A stretch of 64,000 nt of DNA from Myxococcales bacterium 68-20 (GCA_001899635.1 MKVQ01000029.1:15208-79207), one strand, 5' to 3'. Positions 1 to 9,444 are shown, counted from the first letter of the stretch. Numbers and translations: made by a program. The notes: generated by a model from the sequence alone, not told the origin.

Positions 1-1606
1 GCACGCCGTTCAGGGCGCCGGACTTGTACGCAAAGACACCGCCGCCGAGGAGAAGAGCGATGACGACGAGAGCGGCCATGAGCCCCGCGCCCCCGCCCTT
101 CTTCTTCGCAGGCTCGAGCGTCGCTCCGATTGGCTTCGCGGGCCCCACCGGCGCGGCCGCGGCCGCGGGCGGCGGCGCGGACTTCGCCACGGCAGCCGCG
201 GGCGGCGGTGCCACCGAGGGTGCCGGGGATGCGGATGCGGATGCCGCGACGGCGGGCGGCGCAGCCGCGCCGACGCCCTTGAGCGGCGACGTCATCATCA
301 CCGTGTCGCCGGACTGCTGCGCATCGTGCGCGACCGGCTTCTGCTCCTCGAGCTTGTCGCTTCGCTGCGAGCTCTGGGTGAAGAGCGGGTTCTGACCGAT
401 CTCCTCGAGCGATCCGCCGGCCTCGCGCAGCGCCTCTTCGAGGAGCTCCGCGGCCTGCTTCATCACCGTCTGGTCCCTGACCGAGTCGAACGGCGCCGGA
501 TCGTGCGAGAGCGTCGGGAACATCGGCCCCGTCGCCGTCGTCTTGGGCGCCGGCGTCGGCTCCGGTGCTGCCGGCTCGGGCGCGGCAGCCGCCGTCGAGG
601 TCGAAGTCGAAGCAGGGATCGCAACGGGCGCGATCTCCGCGTTCAACGTGGGGAGCTCGTTCTTGGCGTCGGCGCCGGGCGCGCTCGCCGGCGCTGGCAA
701 GCCGACGCCCATCATCGTCGCCTTGCGCGGATTTCCCGTCGGGGGACGCGGCGCCGGCGCCGCTGCTCCGATGCGCGGCTCCGACTTCGGAAGGACCGGG
801 AGCGCCGGGGCGGGCGCCGGAGGCGGCGCGGCCACCGGAGGCGGCGCGGCCGGCGCGGGCGGCGGGCCCATGCCGATCGCCGTCGAAGGCTTGTGCGCAA
901 TCGGCGGTGGCGGACCGCCGGCACGCGCGGTGGTGACCGCAGGCGGAGGCGCCGCCGGTGCAGGCTTCGGCGCGGCGCCGAGCGGCATCGTCTTCGCGAG
1001 AGGCGTGCCGGCACCAGCCGGGCGCGGGCCGGGCGCGGGCTTCGCGGCGGGTGCGGGTGCCGCCGCGGCTGGAGCGGGAGCGGGTGCGGGTGCCGGCGCC
1101 TTCGCAGCGGGCGCGGGCACCGGCGCTGCGGCGGCCGGCGAGCTCACGGACTGCCCGACGACCGGTTGAGCAGCGGCGATCCCACGGAGTGTCGTCGCCT
1201 GCGCCGCGGTCTTCGCTTCGTCTTCGAGCGCGGCCGGATCCGAGGTGTACGCGCTGCCGGCGTCCGCTTTCTGGGCGACGAGCTTGTCGATCACGGCGCG
1301 CGAGGCGTCGTCGATCTTGATGAACTTCACGCCCATGCCAGCGGGCTTGTCGGCGGCGGCCTGGGTCGGCTCGCGCTTCCAGACGACACGACCGACGCCC
1401 GAGATGACGCTCTTGTCACCTGCGAGCCGGATCTCGAATTTGAGGAGCGTGCCGGGCGGGAACGGGGTCGGCGTCTTTACGAAGATGCCTCCCTTGCTCA
1501 CGTCATGAGAGTGGTTCTCGATGAACTCGTCGACCGTTGCGCTCTTGTAGCGAACGTTCAGGCTGACGACCTTGGCGCGCTTGTCCTTACGCGTGTCTTG
1601 GCTCAT
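1..1606 (-). CDS. PilZ-domain protein (TIGR02266-type N-terminal PilZ, long Pro/Ala-rich linker, C-terminal hydrophobic anchor); 3' end runs off the window
   Basis: The minus frame is open from CAT at 1604-1606 to the window edge. It is absent from the ORF track because there is no stop inside the window. My translation begins MSQDTRKDKRAKVVSLNVRYKSATVDEFIENHSHDVSKGGIFVKTPTPFPPGTLLKFEI...GMGVKFIKID, matching the PilZ RxxxR and DxSxxG pattern. About 350 aa of Pro/Ala-rich sequence follows, then LMAALVVIALLLGGGVF encoded at roughly 40-90. Plus ORFs 24-395, 326-1795 and 543-1169 are its antisense shadows. Confidence 0.75.
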   Translation of the reverse strand, partial: MSQDTRKDKRAKVVSLNVRYKSATVDEFIENHSHDVSKGGIFVKTPTPFPPGTLLKFEIRLAGDKSVISGVGRVVWKREPTQAAADKPAGMGVKFIKIDDASRAVIDKLVAQKADAGSAYTSDPAALEDEAKTAAQATTLRGIAAAQPVVGQSVSSPAAAAPVPAPAAKAPAPAPAPAPAAAAPAPAAKPAPGPRPAGAGTPLAKTMPLGAAPKPAPAAPPPAVTTARAGGPPPPIAHKPSTAIGMGPPPAPAAPPPVAAPPPAPAPALPVLPKSEPRIGAAAPAPRPPTGNPRKATMMGVGLPAPASAPGADAKNELPTLNAEIAPVAIPASTSTSTAAAAPEPAAPEPTPAPKTTATGPMFPTLSHDPAPFDSVRDQTVMKQAAELLEEALREAGGSLEEIGQNPLFTQSSQRSDKLEEQKPVAHDAQQSGDTVMMTSPLKGVGAAAPPAVAASASASPAPSVAPPPAAAVAKSAPPPAAAAAPVGPAKPIGATLEPAKKKGGGAGLMAALVVIALLLGGGVFAYKSGALNGV

Positions 1607-2005
1607 TCGTGCTCTCGACGCCTGACGTTTTGGCCCGACGCTGGGAGGTTCCATCCTAACCGAGGCGTGTCGCAAAACGCCAACCCGCGGCGCCCGACGG
1701 TTGGGAATGAGCCGAGACGATGTGCCGAAAAGAGGGCCTCGCACCGCTGGATCGAGGCCCTAGCGCGACCGCGGCGCCCCAAGCGCGAGCTGTAGCGCGT
1801 GCAAACGTCGAGCGAGACCGGAACAGGACGAGGGCCGAGCCCGGCGACGAACCGGAACAAGACCGGCGCGAGACACGAAACCGCCGGAACGGTTCGCGAG
1901 CCCGACCCCCGTGAGCGAGCGAGGGCAGCGGGCGGTCGAGCGCGGGCGGTCCGCCCGCGAATTGGCCCAATCGACGGCCCCTTGATATCGTCAGCTCGCC
2001 CCCCC

Positions 2006-2413
2006 GTGCCGCCTGTCACGTCCCATTCTCCCGGCGCCGAGCACGGCACACCGCACTTCCGAGCCCATGGGCGAAGGCCGGTCCGACTCGGTGTGGTGCT
2101 CCGCACGGAGCGCGGCACATGGGAGCGCCCGGGTACGGTCATCGATCTCCACCTCGCCGGAGCAGGCCTCGAGACCGATGAGCCTCTCGTCGCGGGAGAG
2201 CGCGTCACGATCGCCTTCGCGACGCCGACCCTCTGGGACCCGCTCGTCCTCACCGCCGTCGTCGCCTGGGCACACCCGCTCGCGACGACGAACGAGCTCG
2301 ACGCCCTCGGCCGCCCGCGGTCGATCGCGCGCTCCGGTCTCGCCTTCGACTACCCGACGCCCGACGCGACGCTCGCGATGTTCGAGATGCTCGTCGCGAT
2401 CGGGTTCGAATAG
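2006..2413 (+). CDS. small PilZ-like domain protein
   Basis: This is the frame of ORF 1799-2413. The C-terminal ~125 aa read RRPVRLGVVLRTERG..VIDLHLAGAGLET..RVTIAFATP, a PilZ-like RxxxR / DxxxxG pattern. The upstream part of the 204-aa ORF is Arg/Pro-rich junk, so I placed the start at in-frame GTG 2006. TTG 1982 is also possible, so the start is uncertain. Confidence 0.45.
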   Translation: MPPVTSHSPGAEHGTPHFRAHGRRPVRLGVVLRTERGTWERPGTVIDLHLAGAGLETDEPLVAGERVTIAFATPTLWDPLVLTAVVAWAHPLATTNELDALGRPRSIARSGLAFDYPTPDATLAMFEMLVAIGFE

Positions 2414-2529
2414 CGCTCACGCACGCACGAGCTGCAAGAGTCGCGCATCGAGATCGAGGACGGCCTCCTCGGCGCTCCCTCCGCCGTTCCGCTCCCCCGA
2501 TCCGAGCTCACCGCTCGACGACGAACGCG

Positions 2530-2560
2530 TCGAGCGCGTCGAACGAATCGACGCGCTCGA
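2530..2560. terminator. perfect 13-bp stem / 5-nt loop hairpin between convergent genes
   Basis: tcgagcgcgtcga (2530-2542), loop acgaa, tcgacgcgctcga (2548-2560). It lies between the stop of the PilZ-like gene (2413) and the stop of the DHS-like gene (2575). There is no T-tract, which is usual for high-GC genomes. Confidence 0.5.
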
Positions 2561-2574
2561 GCGCTCGCGGGCGA

Positions 2575-3804
2575 TCATCGCTTCGCTGCCGTAGCCGTCT
2601 TCTTCGCCTTCTTCTTCTGGGGCGCGGCCTTCTTGCCGGGCGCCTTCGGCAGGTCGAACTTCACCGTCTCGAGGAGCTTCTTCCTCCGCTTCGTGATCTC
2701 GCGCTGGAGGTTCTCGACCGCGGCCTCGCGCACGTCGTAGAGCCGGCGCGGCTTCCGGTGAACACGGGCGTCGGAGAGCAACGCGTACGTGAGCCACGGG
2801 AAGACCGCGGTGACGTCGCAGTGCACGTACATCGAGCCGTACTGCACGCTCTCCGCCGAGACCTTGCCCCAGGTGTGCCCCTCGCCTGCCGGGCACGAGC
2901 TGAGCGCGCCGTTGTCGACGGGGTCGACGCAGAACTGCACGTCGAAGTCGAAGCCGTGGGTCGGAACGCCGAGGATCTGATCGAGGAGCGGCTCGCCCTG
3001 GAGCGTGTAGTTCTTCGGGACACCGCCGCCGAGGATCCAGATCGCCATCTTCTTGCCGAGCGTGCCGAAGCAGTGGTGCTGCATCGCGCCCATCTCGAAG
3101 ACGTCGTCGTTCACGTCGATCTCGAGCTTGAAGTCACTCCCGTAGAGGCGCTTCAGCTTCACGATGTTGAGGAAGATCGAGCCGTCCTGCACCGCGCCGA
3201 CGAAGATCGGAACGCCGTAGCGATAGGCGGTCGCGATGAGCGACGGGCTCTTGATGCCGAGCGCATCTTCGATCCGCGCGATGTCGCGACCGAGGAGCCA
3301 GTGAAGCTCCGTCGTCGTCATCTTGCGCTGGTAGTCCGGCGAGAGGAGGAGCGCGCTGAACAGCTTGTCCGTCTCGAGGAGCACCTCCTCGCGGAAACCG
3401 AGGTCGTAGATGCGGATGATCTTCGCGAGGCGGTAGGTGATGTCGCCGGCGTTCGGATCGATCTCGCGGATGCGGTGGCCGATGACGCGATGGGCGTCGT
3501 GATAGAGGTTCGCGCCCGTCGTCGTGAGGCAGTCGATGAGCCCGCGCTCGATCAGCGGGATGATGCACGACTGGTGGAGGCCGGCAGGCGTCATCGCGCC
3601 CGACATCGTGAGGAACGTGCAGACGTCCGCCTGCGAGCTCCGGCGCATCAGCTCGAAAGCGGTGCGCTCCTGCCGGCCGACGTAGGCCGGGAACATCCGC
3701 TCGATGATGTCGCTCGGGCTTTCCTTTCCGGTGATGCCGACGGGGTGGACGTCACGCGCGCGCTCGAAGCCTTTGCGCAGGGAGCTCTTCTCGGTGTTGG
3801 CCAT
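2575..3804 (-). CDS. deoxyhypusine synthase-like (DHS / homospermidine synthase family) protein with Lys/Ala-rich C-terminal tail
   Basis: A 409-aa ORF whose sequence (...MSGAMTPAGL..LIDCLTTTGANLYHD...ILGGGVPKNYTLQ...) resembles the DHS fold, including the GGGxxK segment. The last ~35 aa are KKLLETVKFDLPKAPGKKAAPQKKKAKKTATAAKR. The upstream RBS-like sequence is agaaagggg. Confidence 0.8.
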   Translation of the reverse strand: MANTEKSSLRKGFERARDVHPVGITGKESPSDIIERMFPAYVGRQERTAFELMRRSSQADVCTFLTMSGAMTPAGLHQSCIIPLIERGLIDCLTTTGANLYHDAHRVIGHRIREIDPNAGDITYRLAKIIRIYDLGFREEVLLETDKLFSALLLSPDYQRKMTTTELHWLLGRDIARIEDALGIKSPSLIATAYRYGVPIFVGAVQDGSIFLNIVKLKRLYGSDFKLEIDVNDDVFEMGAMQHHCFGTLGKKMAIWILGGGVPKNYTLQGEPLLDQILGVPTHGFDFDVQFCVDPVDNGALSSCPAGEGHTWGKVSAESVQYGSMYVHCDVTAVFPWLTYALLSDARVHRKPRRLYDVREAAVENLQREITKRRKKLLETVKFDLPKAPGKKAAPQKKKAKKTATAAKR

Positions 3805-3929
3805 GAGTGAGCCCCTTTCTCTTTGCTCTGTCCGCGGGCGTCAAGGCGCGTTCGCTCATTCGGGACGCGGACACCGGGCACGGAAAAGCGAGGTCGAGCA
3901 GGCCGCGCGACGCGAGGCGCGGTGAGCGG

Positions 3930-4826
3930 TCAGCTCGGGGCGCGAGCTCGCTGGATGCCGACCTTCCGGACCACCTCGACCAGACCCCGGACGACGGGCG
4001 CGTTGTTGTCCTTCTTCCACGCGACGCGGAGATCGGTCTTCGGCGACCCGACGATCGGTCGATACGCGACCCCCGCCCGCCGCGTGTGGCGCACCGACGA
4101 CGGCACGATGGCGACTCCGAAACCGGCCGCGACGAGGCTCACCAGATCGAGCTGCTGCGCCTCCTGGACGATCCGCGGGGTGAAGCCGGCCTCGTGGCAG
4201 AGTCGCATGAGCTGATCGAAGAACGCCGGGCCACGCGAGCGCGGGAAGCACACGAACGGCTCGTCCGCGAGGATCCCGAGCGGGATTCGCGAGCGGCCGA
4301 CCGCGGGATGATCCGGCGGAAGCGCGACCACGAGCGACTCGCGCCGGACGAGCATCGACGCAAGGCCCGGCTCCTCGAGCGGCGCGCGGACGAACCCGAC
4401 GTCCAACCGTCCCCCCTTCAGCGCCTCGATCTGGGCCTGCGGCGCGAGCTGCGAGAGCACGACCTCGACCGCGGGATAACGCGCGCGGAACGTCCGGAGG
4501 AGCTCGGGCAGACCGCTGTACGCGAGCGACGAGGGATACCCGATCGCGATGCGGCCGCGTTCGCCGCGCCCCGCGCGGAGCGTCTCGCGCGACGCAAGCT
4601 CGACCGCTTCGAAGATGCGCCGCGTGTGCTCGAGCAACGTCACGCCGGCCGTGGTGAGCTCCACCTTGCGTCGCGAGCGGTCGAAGAGCCGAGTGCCCAG
4701 CTCCTTTTCGAGATCCTGGATCTGCCGGCTCAGCGGCGGCTGGGCGATCTTCATGCGCTCTGCCGCACGCCCGAAGTGAAGCTCTTCGGCGACCGCGACG
4801 AAGTACCGCAGGTGACGTAGCTCCAC
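3930..4826 (-). CDS. LysR-family transcriptional regulator
   Basis: The N-terminus MELRHLRYFVAVAEELHFGRAAERMKIAQPPLSRQIQDLEKELGTRLFDR is a canonical LysR wHTH. The start codon is GTG. The gene is divergent from the RND pump gene. Confidence 0.9.
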   Translation of the reverse strand: MELRHLRYFVAVAEELHFGRAAERMKIAQPPLSRQIQDLEKELGTRLFDRSRRKVELTTAGVTLLEHTRRIFEAVELASRETLRAGRGERGRIAIGYPSSLAYSGLPELLRTFRARYPAVEVVLSQLAPQAQIEALKGGRLDVGFVRAPLEEPGLASMLVRRESLVVALPPDHPAVGRSRIPLGILADEPFVCFPRSRGPAFFDQLMRLCHEAGFTPRIVQEAQQLDLVSLVAAGFGVAIVPSSVRHTRRAGVAYRPIVGSPKTDLRVAWKKDNNAPVVRGLVEVVRKVGIQRARAPS

Positions 4827-4843
4827 GATACCGCCAGGGTATC
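4827..4843. promoter_or_regulatory. candidate LysR operator (interrupted dyad containing T-N11-A)
   Basis: GATACCgccagGGTATC lies immediately upstream of the LysR start, in the 91-bp divergent intergenic region. ATACC-N5-GGTAT gives a T-N11-A core. Confidence 0.45.
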
Positions 4844-4917
4844 ACAAGGGTTACAGCGATATATTGGACCTTCGCCTCGCGAATCGCGAGGGTGGTTACG
4901 GACATCTCAGTCAGCGC

Positions 4918-7900
4918 ATGTGGCTCGTTCGGATCGCCCTGCGTCGCCCATACACGTTCATCGTGATGGCGATGCTCATTCTGGTCTCCGGGATCTTCAC
5001 CATCGTGAGGATGCCGACGGACATCTTTCCGGACATCGACATTCCGGTCATCTCCGTCATCTGGAAGTACGACGGGCTCTCGTCCGAGGAGATGGAGAAG
5101 CGCGTCGTCACGAACTACGAGCGCATGCTCACGACGACGGTGAACGACATCGAGCACATCGAGAGTCAGTCGCTCCGCGGCACCGCGATCGTGAAGATCT
5201 TCTTCCAGCCGGGCGTGAGCATGGACGCCGCCACGGCGCAGGTGACGGCGATTTCGCAGTCGGCGGTGCGAATGATGCCGCCGGGCGCGGCGCCACCCTT
5301 CATCATCCGCTACAGCGCCTCGAACGTCCCCATCCTCCAAGCGGCGCTCGAGAGCAACACCCTCAGCGAGCAGGAGCTCTTCGACTACGGCACGAACTTC
5401 GTCCGCGCGGACATGGCGACCGTCCGCGGCACGCAGATCCCGTGGCCCTACGGCGGCAAGCAGCGCCAGATCGTCGTCGACGTCGACGCCAAGCGCCTCT
5501 ACGCGTGGGGCCTCTCCCCTCGCGACGTGACGCTGGCGATTGCGAACCAGAACGTCATCCTGCCGACCGGCACGGCGAAGATGGGCGCCAACGAGTACTC
5601 CATCGCGCTCAACTCGAGCCCGGAGGCCTTCGCCGAGATCGCCGCACTGCCGATCAAGGACGTACGCGGAACCACGGTCTACGTGCGGGACGTCGCCAAC
5701 GTGCGCGACGGCTCCTCGCCCCAGACGAACATGGTCCACGTGGGCGGCAAGCGCTCCGTGCTCATGTCGATCCTGAAGAACGGCAACACGAGCACGATGC
5801 AGATCGCGGCGGACATCAAGGCGATGCTCCCCGGGATCAAGGCGCGGCTCCCGCAGGACCTCGAGCTCTCGCTCCTCTTCGATCAGTCGCTCTTCGTGCG
5901 CGCCGCCGTCGACGGCGTCGTACACGAGGCGGTGATCGCGGCCGGCCTGACGGCGCTCATGATCCTGCTCTTCCTCGGGAGCTGGCGGAGCACGCTCATC
6001 GTCGTCGTCTCCATCCCGCTGTCGATCCTCGTCTCGATCATCGTCCTCGCTGCGCTCGGCCAGACGCTGAACGTGATGACGCTCGGAGGGATGTCGCTCG
6101 CGGTCGGCATCCTGGTCGACGACGCCACAGTCGCGATCGAGAACATCCACCGCAACATGGCCCAGCGGAAGCCGTTCTTCCGCGCGATCATCGACGGCGC
6201 CCAGGAGATCGCGACGCCGGCGTTCGTCTCCACGCTCTGCATCTGCATCGTCTTCGTGCCGGTCGCCTTCATCACCGGCGCGGCGAAGTCGCTCTTCGTG
6301 CCGCTCGCGATGGCCGTCGTCTTCGCGATGCTGACCTCGTACGTCCTCTCCCGGACGCTGGTGCCGACGCTCGTGCGCTACCTCCTTCGCGGGGAAGCGG
6401 ACGCCCACATGAACCCGCACCACGGCCCGCCGAAGAGCATCGCGGGCAGGTTCTTCGCCGCGTTCGATCGCGCCTTCGAGCGGTTCCGCGACGGCTACGG
6501 CGGCTTCCTCGCGCTCGCCCTCGCGCGGCGGAAGACGACCGTGGCCGGCTTCCTCGGCTTCGTCTGCCTCTCGCTCGCGCTCTTCCCGCTCATCGGCCGC
6601 GACTTCTTCCCCACCGTCGACGCCGGGCTCGTGAAGCTCCACGTCCGCGGTCCGCCCGGCACCCGGATCGAAGAGAGCGAGAAGCGCTTCGCCGCGATCG
6701 AGGAGACGATCAAGACGGTCATCCCGCCCGACGAGATCGCGACGATGCTCGACAACATCGGGACGCCGTACAGCGGCATCAACCTCTCGCTCAGCGAGGG
6801 CGCGGCAATCTCGCCTGCCGACGGACAGATCCTGATCGCGCTGAAGGCCGATCACAAGCCGACCGCGGACTACGTGCGCGCGCTCCGGAAGACGCTCGCC
6901 GAGACATACCCGGACACGACCTTCTTCTTCCTCGCCCCCGACATCTCGACGCAGGTGCTCAACTTCGGCCTCGCCGCGCCGATCAACGTCCAGATCGTCG
7001 GCGCGCCCGGCAACGACGCGGCGACCCAGGAGCTGGCGCAGAAGCTCGTCGCGCGGGTCGCGCAGGTCCCGGGCGCCGTCGACGTACACCTCGCCCAGGT
7101 CCCCCACGAGCCGGGCGTGCGGGTCGATGTCGACCGCACCATGGCGCGGCAAGCAGGGCTGACGGAGCGCGACGTCGCGAGCGACCTCCTCGTCTCCCTC
7201 TCCTCGAGCTCGCAGGTGACCCCGAGCTACTGGCTCGACGCGAAGCGCGGCGTCCAGTACCTCGTCGCCGTCTCGACGCCCCAGTACGACAACGACTCGC
7301 TCGAAGCGCTCGGCTCGATCCCCCTGTCGACGGCCAACGCGGGAGGTGGTGCGCCCCAGCTCCTGTCCAACCTCGCGACGATGTCGCGCATGACCACGCC
7401 GGCGAACATCACTCACTACAACGCTGCGCGCACATACGACGTCCAGGCGAACGTCGACGGAGCCGATCTCGCCTCCGTCGCCGCCGGCATCCACACCGCG
7501 ATCAAGGAGCTCGAGCCCTCGTTCCCGCGCGGCACCGTCGTGAAGTTGAAGGGTCAGGTCGAGAGCATGGAGTCGTCGTTCCGCGGCCTCGCCTACGGAC
7601 TCGTCTTCGCCGTCCTCCTCGTCTACCTGCTGATGGTGGTGAACTTCCAGTCGTGGCTCGATCCCTTCGTCATCCTCATGGCGCTTCCGGGAGCGCTGGC
7701 AGGGATCGCCTGGATGCTCTTCCTCTCGCACACGACGCTCAGCGTCCCAGCGTTGATGGGATCGATCATGTGCGTCGGCGTCGCCACCGCGAACAGCATC
7801 CTCGTCGTCACGTTCGCCAACGATCAACGGAAGGTGGGCCGTAACGCGACCGAGGCCGCCCTCGCTGCCGGCATGACGCGCCTCCGCCCGGTCCTCATGA

Positions 7901-8100
7901 CCGCCGCCGCGATGATCATCGGCATGCTCCCGATGTCCCTCGGTGTCGGCGAGGGCGGAGAACAGAACGCTCCCCTCGGCCGCGCCGTCATCGGGGGTCT
8001 GCTCCTCGCGACCGTCACGACGCTCTTCTTCGTCCCCGTGATGTACAGCATCCTCCGCCGCAAGGCTCCGAAGGTGGATGCTGAATTGGAGGCCCTGTGA
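4918..8100 (+). CDS. RND efflux transporter permease (AcrB/AcrD/AcrF superfamily)
   Basis: A 1060-aa protein starting MWLVRIALRRPYTFIVMAMLILVSGIFTIVRMPTDIFPDIDIPVISV, a typical RND N-terminus, with 12-TM-like hydrophobic blocks. The start is placed at ATG 4918 rather than the track start 4864. Confidence 0.9.
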   Translation: MWLVRIALRRPYTFIVMAMLILVSGIFTIVRMPTDIFPDIDIPVISVIWKYDGLSSEEMEKRVVTNYERMLTTTVNDIEHIESQSLRGTAIVKIFFQPGVSMDAATAQVTAISQSAVRMMPPGAAPPFIIRYSASNVPILQAALESNTLSEQELFDYGTNFVRADMATVRGTQIPWPYGGKQRQIVVDVDAKRLYAWGLSPRDVTLAIANQNVILPTGTAKMGANEYSIALNSSPEAFAEIAALPIKDVRGTTVYVRDVANVRDGSSPQTNMVHVGGKRSVLMSILKNGNTSTMQIAADIKAMLPGIKARLPQDLELSLLFDQSLFVRAAVDGVVHEAVIAAGLTALMILLFLGSWRSTLIVVVSIPLSILVSIIVLAALGQTLNVMTLGGMSLAVGILVDDATVAIENIHRNMAQRKPFFRAIIDGAQEIATPAFVSTLCICIVFVPVAFITGAAKSLFVPLAMAVVFAMLTSYVLSRTLVPTLVRYLLRGEADAHMNPHHGPPKSIAGRFFAAFDRAFERFRDGYGGFLALALARRKTTVAGFLGFVCLSLALFPLIGRDFFPTVDAGLVKLHVRGPPGTRIEESEKRFAAIEETIKTVIPPDEIATMLDNIGTPYSGINLSLSEGAAISPADGQILIALKADHKPTADYVRALRKTLAETYPDTTFFFLAPDISTQVLNFGLAAPINVQIVGAPGNDAATQELAQKLVARVAQVPGAVDVHLAQVPHEPGVRVDVDRTMARQAGLTERDVASDLLVSLSSSSQVTPSYWLDAKRGVQYLVAVSTPQYDNDSLEALGSIPLSTANAGGGAPQLLSNLATMSRMTTPANITHYNAARTYDVQANVDGADLASVAAGIHTAIKELEPSFPRGTVVKLKGQVESMESSFRGLAYGLVFAVLLVYLLMVVNFQSWLDPFVILMALPGALAGIAWMLFLSHTTLSVPALMGSIMCVGVATANSILVVTFANDQRKVGRNATEAALAAGMTRLRPVLMTAAAMIIGMLPMSLGVGEGGEQNAPLGRAVIGGLLLATVTTLFFVPVMYSILRRKAPKVDAELEAL

Positions 8101-9365
8101 GCCATTCGATCGAGCCGCACGATCACACCCATGCGGAGCGGAGCGAACGCCTGCCCGCGAACGACGCGGACCTCGGCTTCGATCTCCCGCCTCCGACGAA
8201 GCTCTCCGGCGCACGCGCGGCCGTCCTGGTGGTCGCTGGCGTCGGCGTCATCGTCGCGGCGTTCCTCTTCGGATGGCTGCCGAAGCGGCGAGCGCGAGAG
8301 GACCTCGAAGCGAGCACGAGGGCGAGCGCGGCGAACCTCCTCCGCGTGGATGTCATGACGCCGAAGGTGCTGTCGAGCGATCGCTCGATGCGGCTCCCCG
8401 GGACGGTGAGCCCGCTCGAGGAGGCCGCGATCCGCACGCGCGCGAACGGCTACGTCCGCCGGCGGCTCGTGGACATCGGCGACAAGGTGGAGGCCGGCGC
8501 GCTGCTCGTCGAGGTCGACACCCCGGAGCTCGATCAGCAGCTCGAGCAGGCGCGCGCGCAGCTCGCGCAGGCCCAGGCCGCGCTCACTCACGCGAAGGCG
8601 AGCCGCGACTACGCGAAGTCGAGCTTCGAGCGCCGTGAGAAGCTCGCGCCCACGGGCGTCACCTCGCAGGACGAGGTCGAGAAGAGCCGCGCCGAAGCGA
8701 GCGTCGCCGATGCGAGTGTCGCGGTCGCGCAGGCGAACCTCGACGCTCAGGGCGCGAACGTCCGCCGCCTCACGCAGGAGAAGTCGTTCGCGCGCGTGGT
8801 CGCGCCGTTTGCGGGGACGATCATCTCGCGCTCGGTCGACAAGGGCGCGCTGATCAATCCCACCGTCGAGCTCTTCAAGATCGCGACGACGGATCCGATG
8901 CGCGTCCTCATCGAGGTGCCGCAGGATGTGGCGCCGAGCGTCCAGAACGAGGTGCCCGCGACCGTGACGGTCCGCGAGTTCGCCAACCGCAAGTTCGAAG
9001 GAAAGGTCGCGCGGTTCGCGTCCGCGCTCGACCCTCAGTCGCGCACGATGACGACGGTGGTGCACGTCCCCAATCCGAAGGGCGAGCTCCTCGCCGGCAT
9101 GTACGCGCAGGTCGAGATCTCCCTGCCCTTGCCGCATCGCGTGCTCGAGGTGCCCTCCACGTCGCTGCTCACCGACGCCCACGGGACGCGGCTCGCCATC
9201 GTCGGGCCCGACAACCGCATCCACCTGGTGCCGATCGTGATCGAGCGCGACACCGGACCCACGATCCATATCGCCACCGGGATCGGCGAGAACGATCGCG
9301 TCGTGAAGCTCGCGAGCACCGACCTCGTCGAAGGACGACAGGTCGAGCTCGCTCCTCCGAAGTGA
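8097..9365 (+). CDS. RND efflux periplasmic adaptor (membrane fusion protein, HlyD family)
   Basis: The GTG start overlaps the pump stop (GTGA at 8097-8100). There is an N-terminal TM segment (AAVLVVAGVGVIVAAFLF), a coiled-coil region (LDQQLEQARAQLAQAQAAL) and beta-barrel/lipoyl-like motifs (VAPFAGTIISRSVDKGALI). Confidence 0.85.
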   Translation: MSHSIEPHDHTHAERSERLPANDADLGFDLPPPTKLSGARAAVLVVAGVGVIVAAFLFGWLPKRRAREDLEASTRASAANLLRVDVMTPKVLSSDRSMRLPGTVSPLEEAAIRTRANGYVRRRLVDIGDKVEAGALLVEVDTPELDQQLEQARAQLAQAQAALTHAKASRDYAKSSFERREKLAPTGVTSQDEVEKSRAEASVADASVAVAQANLDAQGANVRRLTQEKSFARVVAPFAGTIISRSVDKGALINPTVELFKIATTDPMRVLIEVPQDVAPSVQNEVPATVTVREFANRKFEGKVARFASALDPQSRTMTTVVHVPNPKGELLAGMYAQVEISLPLPHRVLEVPSTSLLTDAHGTRLAIVGPDNRIHLVPIVIERDTGPTIHIATGIGENDRVVKLASTDLVEGRQVELAPPK

Positions 9366-9444
9366 GCAGCTCGGCCACGCCGAGCTCGAGCGTCACGAAG
9401 GCCTCGCTTGCGATCATGCGACGGCGGGGGCAAAGAAGGGAGCG

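Noticed and set aside
326-1795. 489-aa Arg-rich plus ORF, and the Ala/Gly-rich ORFs 24-395 and 543-1169
   Set aside because: All lie opposite the open minus-strand PilZ / Pro-Ala-rich gene. The Ala/Gly and Arg runs are simply the complements of CCN/GCN codon runs.
4755-4772. Another GCTCTGCC..CACGCC occurrence, resembling the shared intergenic motif
   Set aside because: It lies inside the LysR coding region, where it encodes ..RAAERM.. on the minus strand, and its spacing differs (1 nt instead of 4). It is likely coincidental codon content.
3856-8214. 1452-aa minus-strand ORF, the longest in this part of the window
   Set aside because: The composition is Arg/Asp/His/Gly-dominated with no recognisable motifs. 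It lies antisense to the well-supported RND pump and overlaps the LysR gene out of frame, as is typical of stop-poor shadow frames in 70%-GC DNA.
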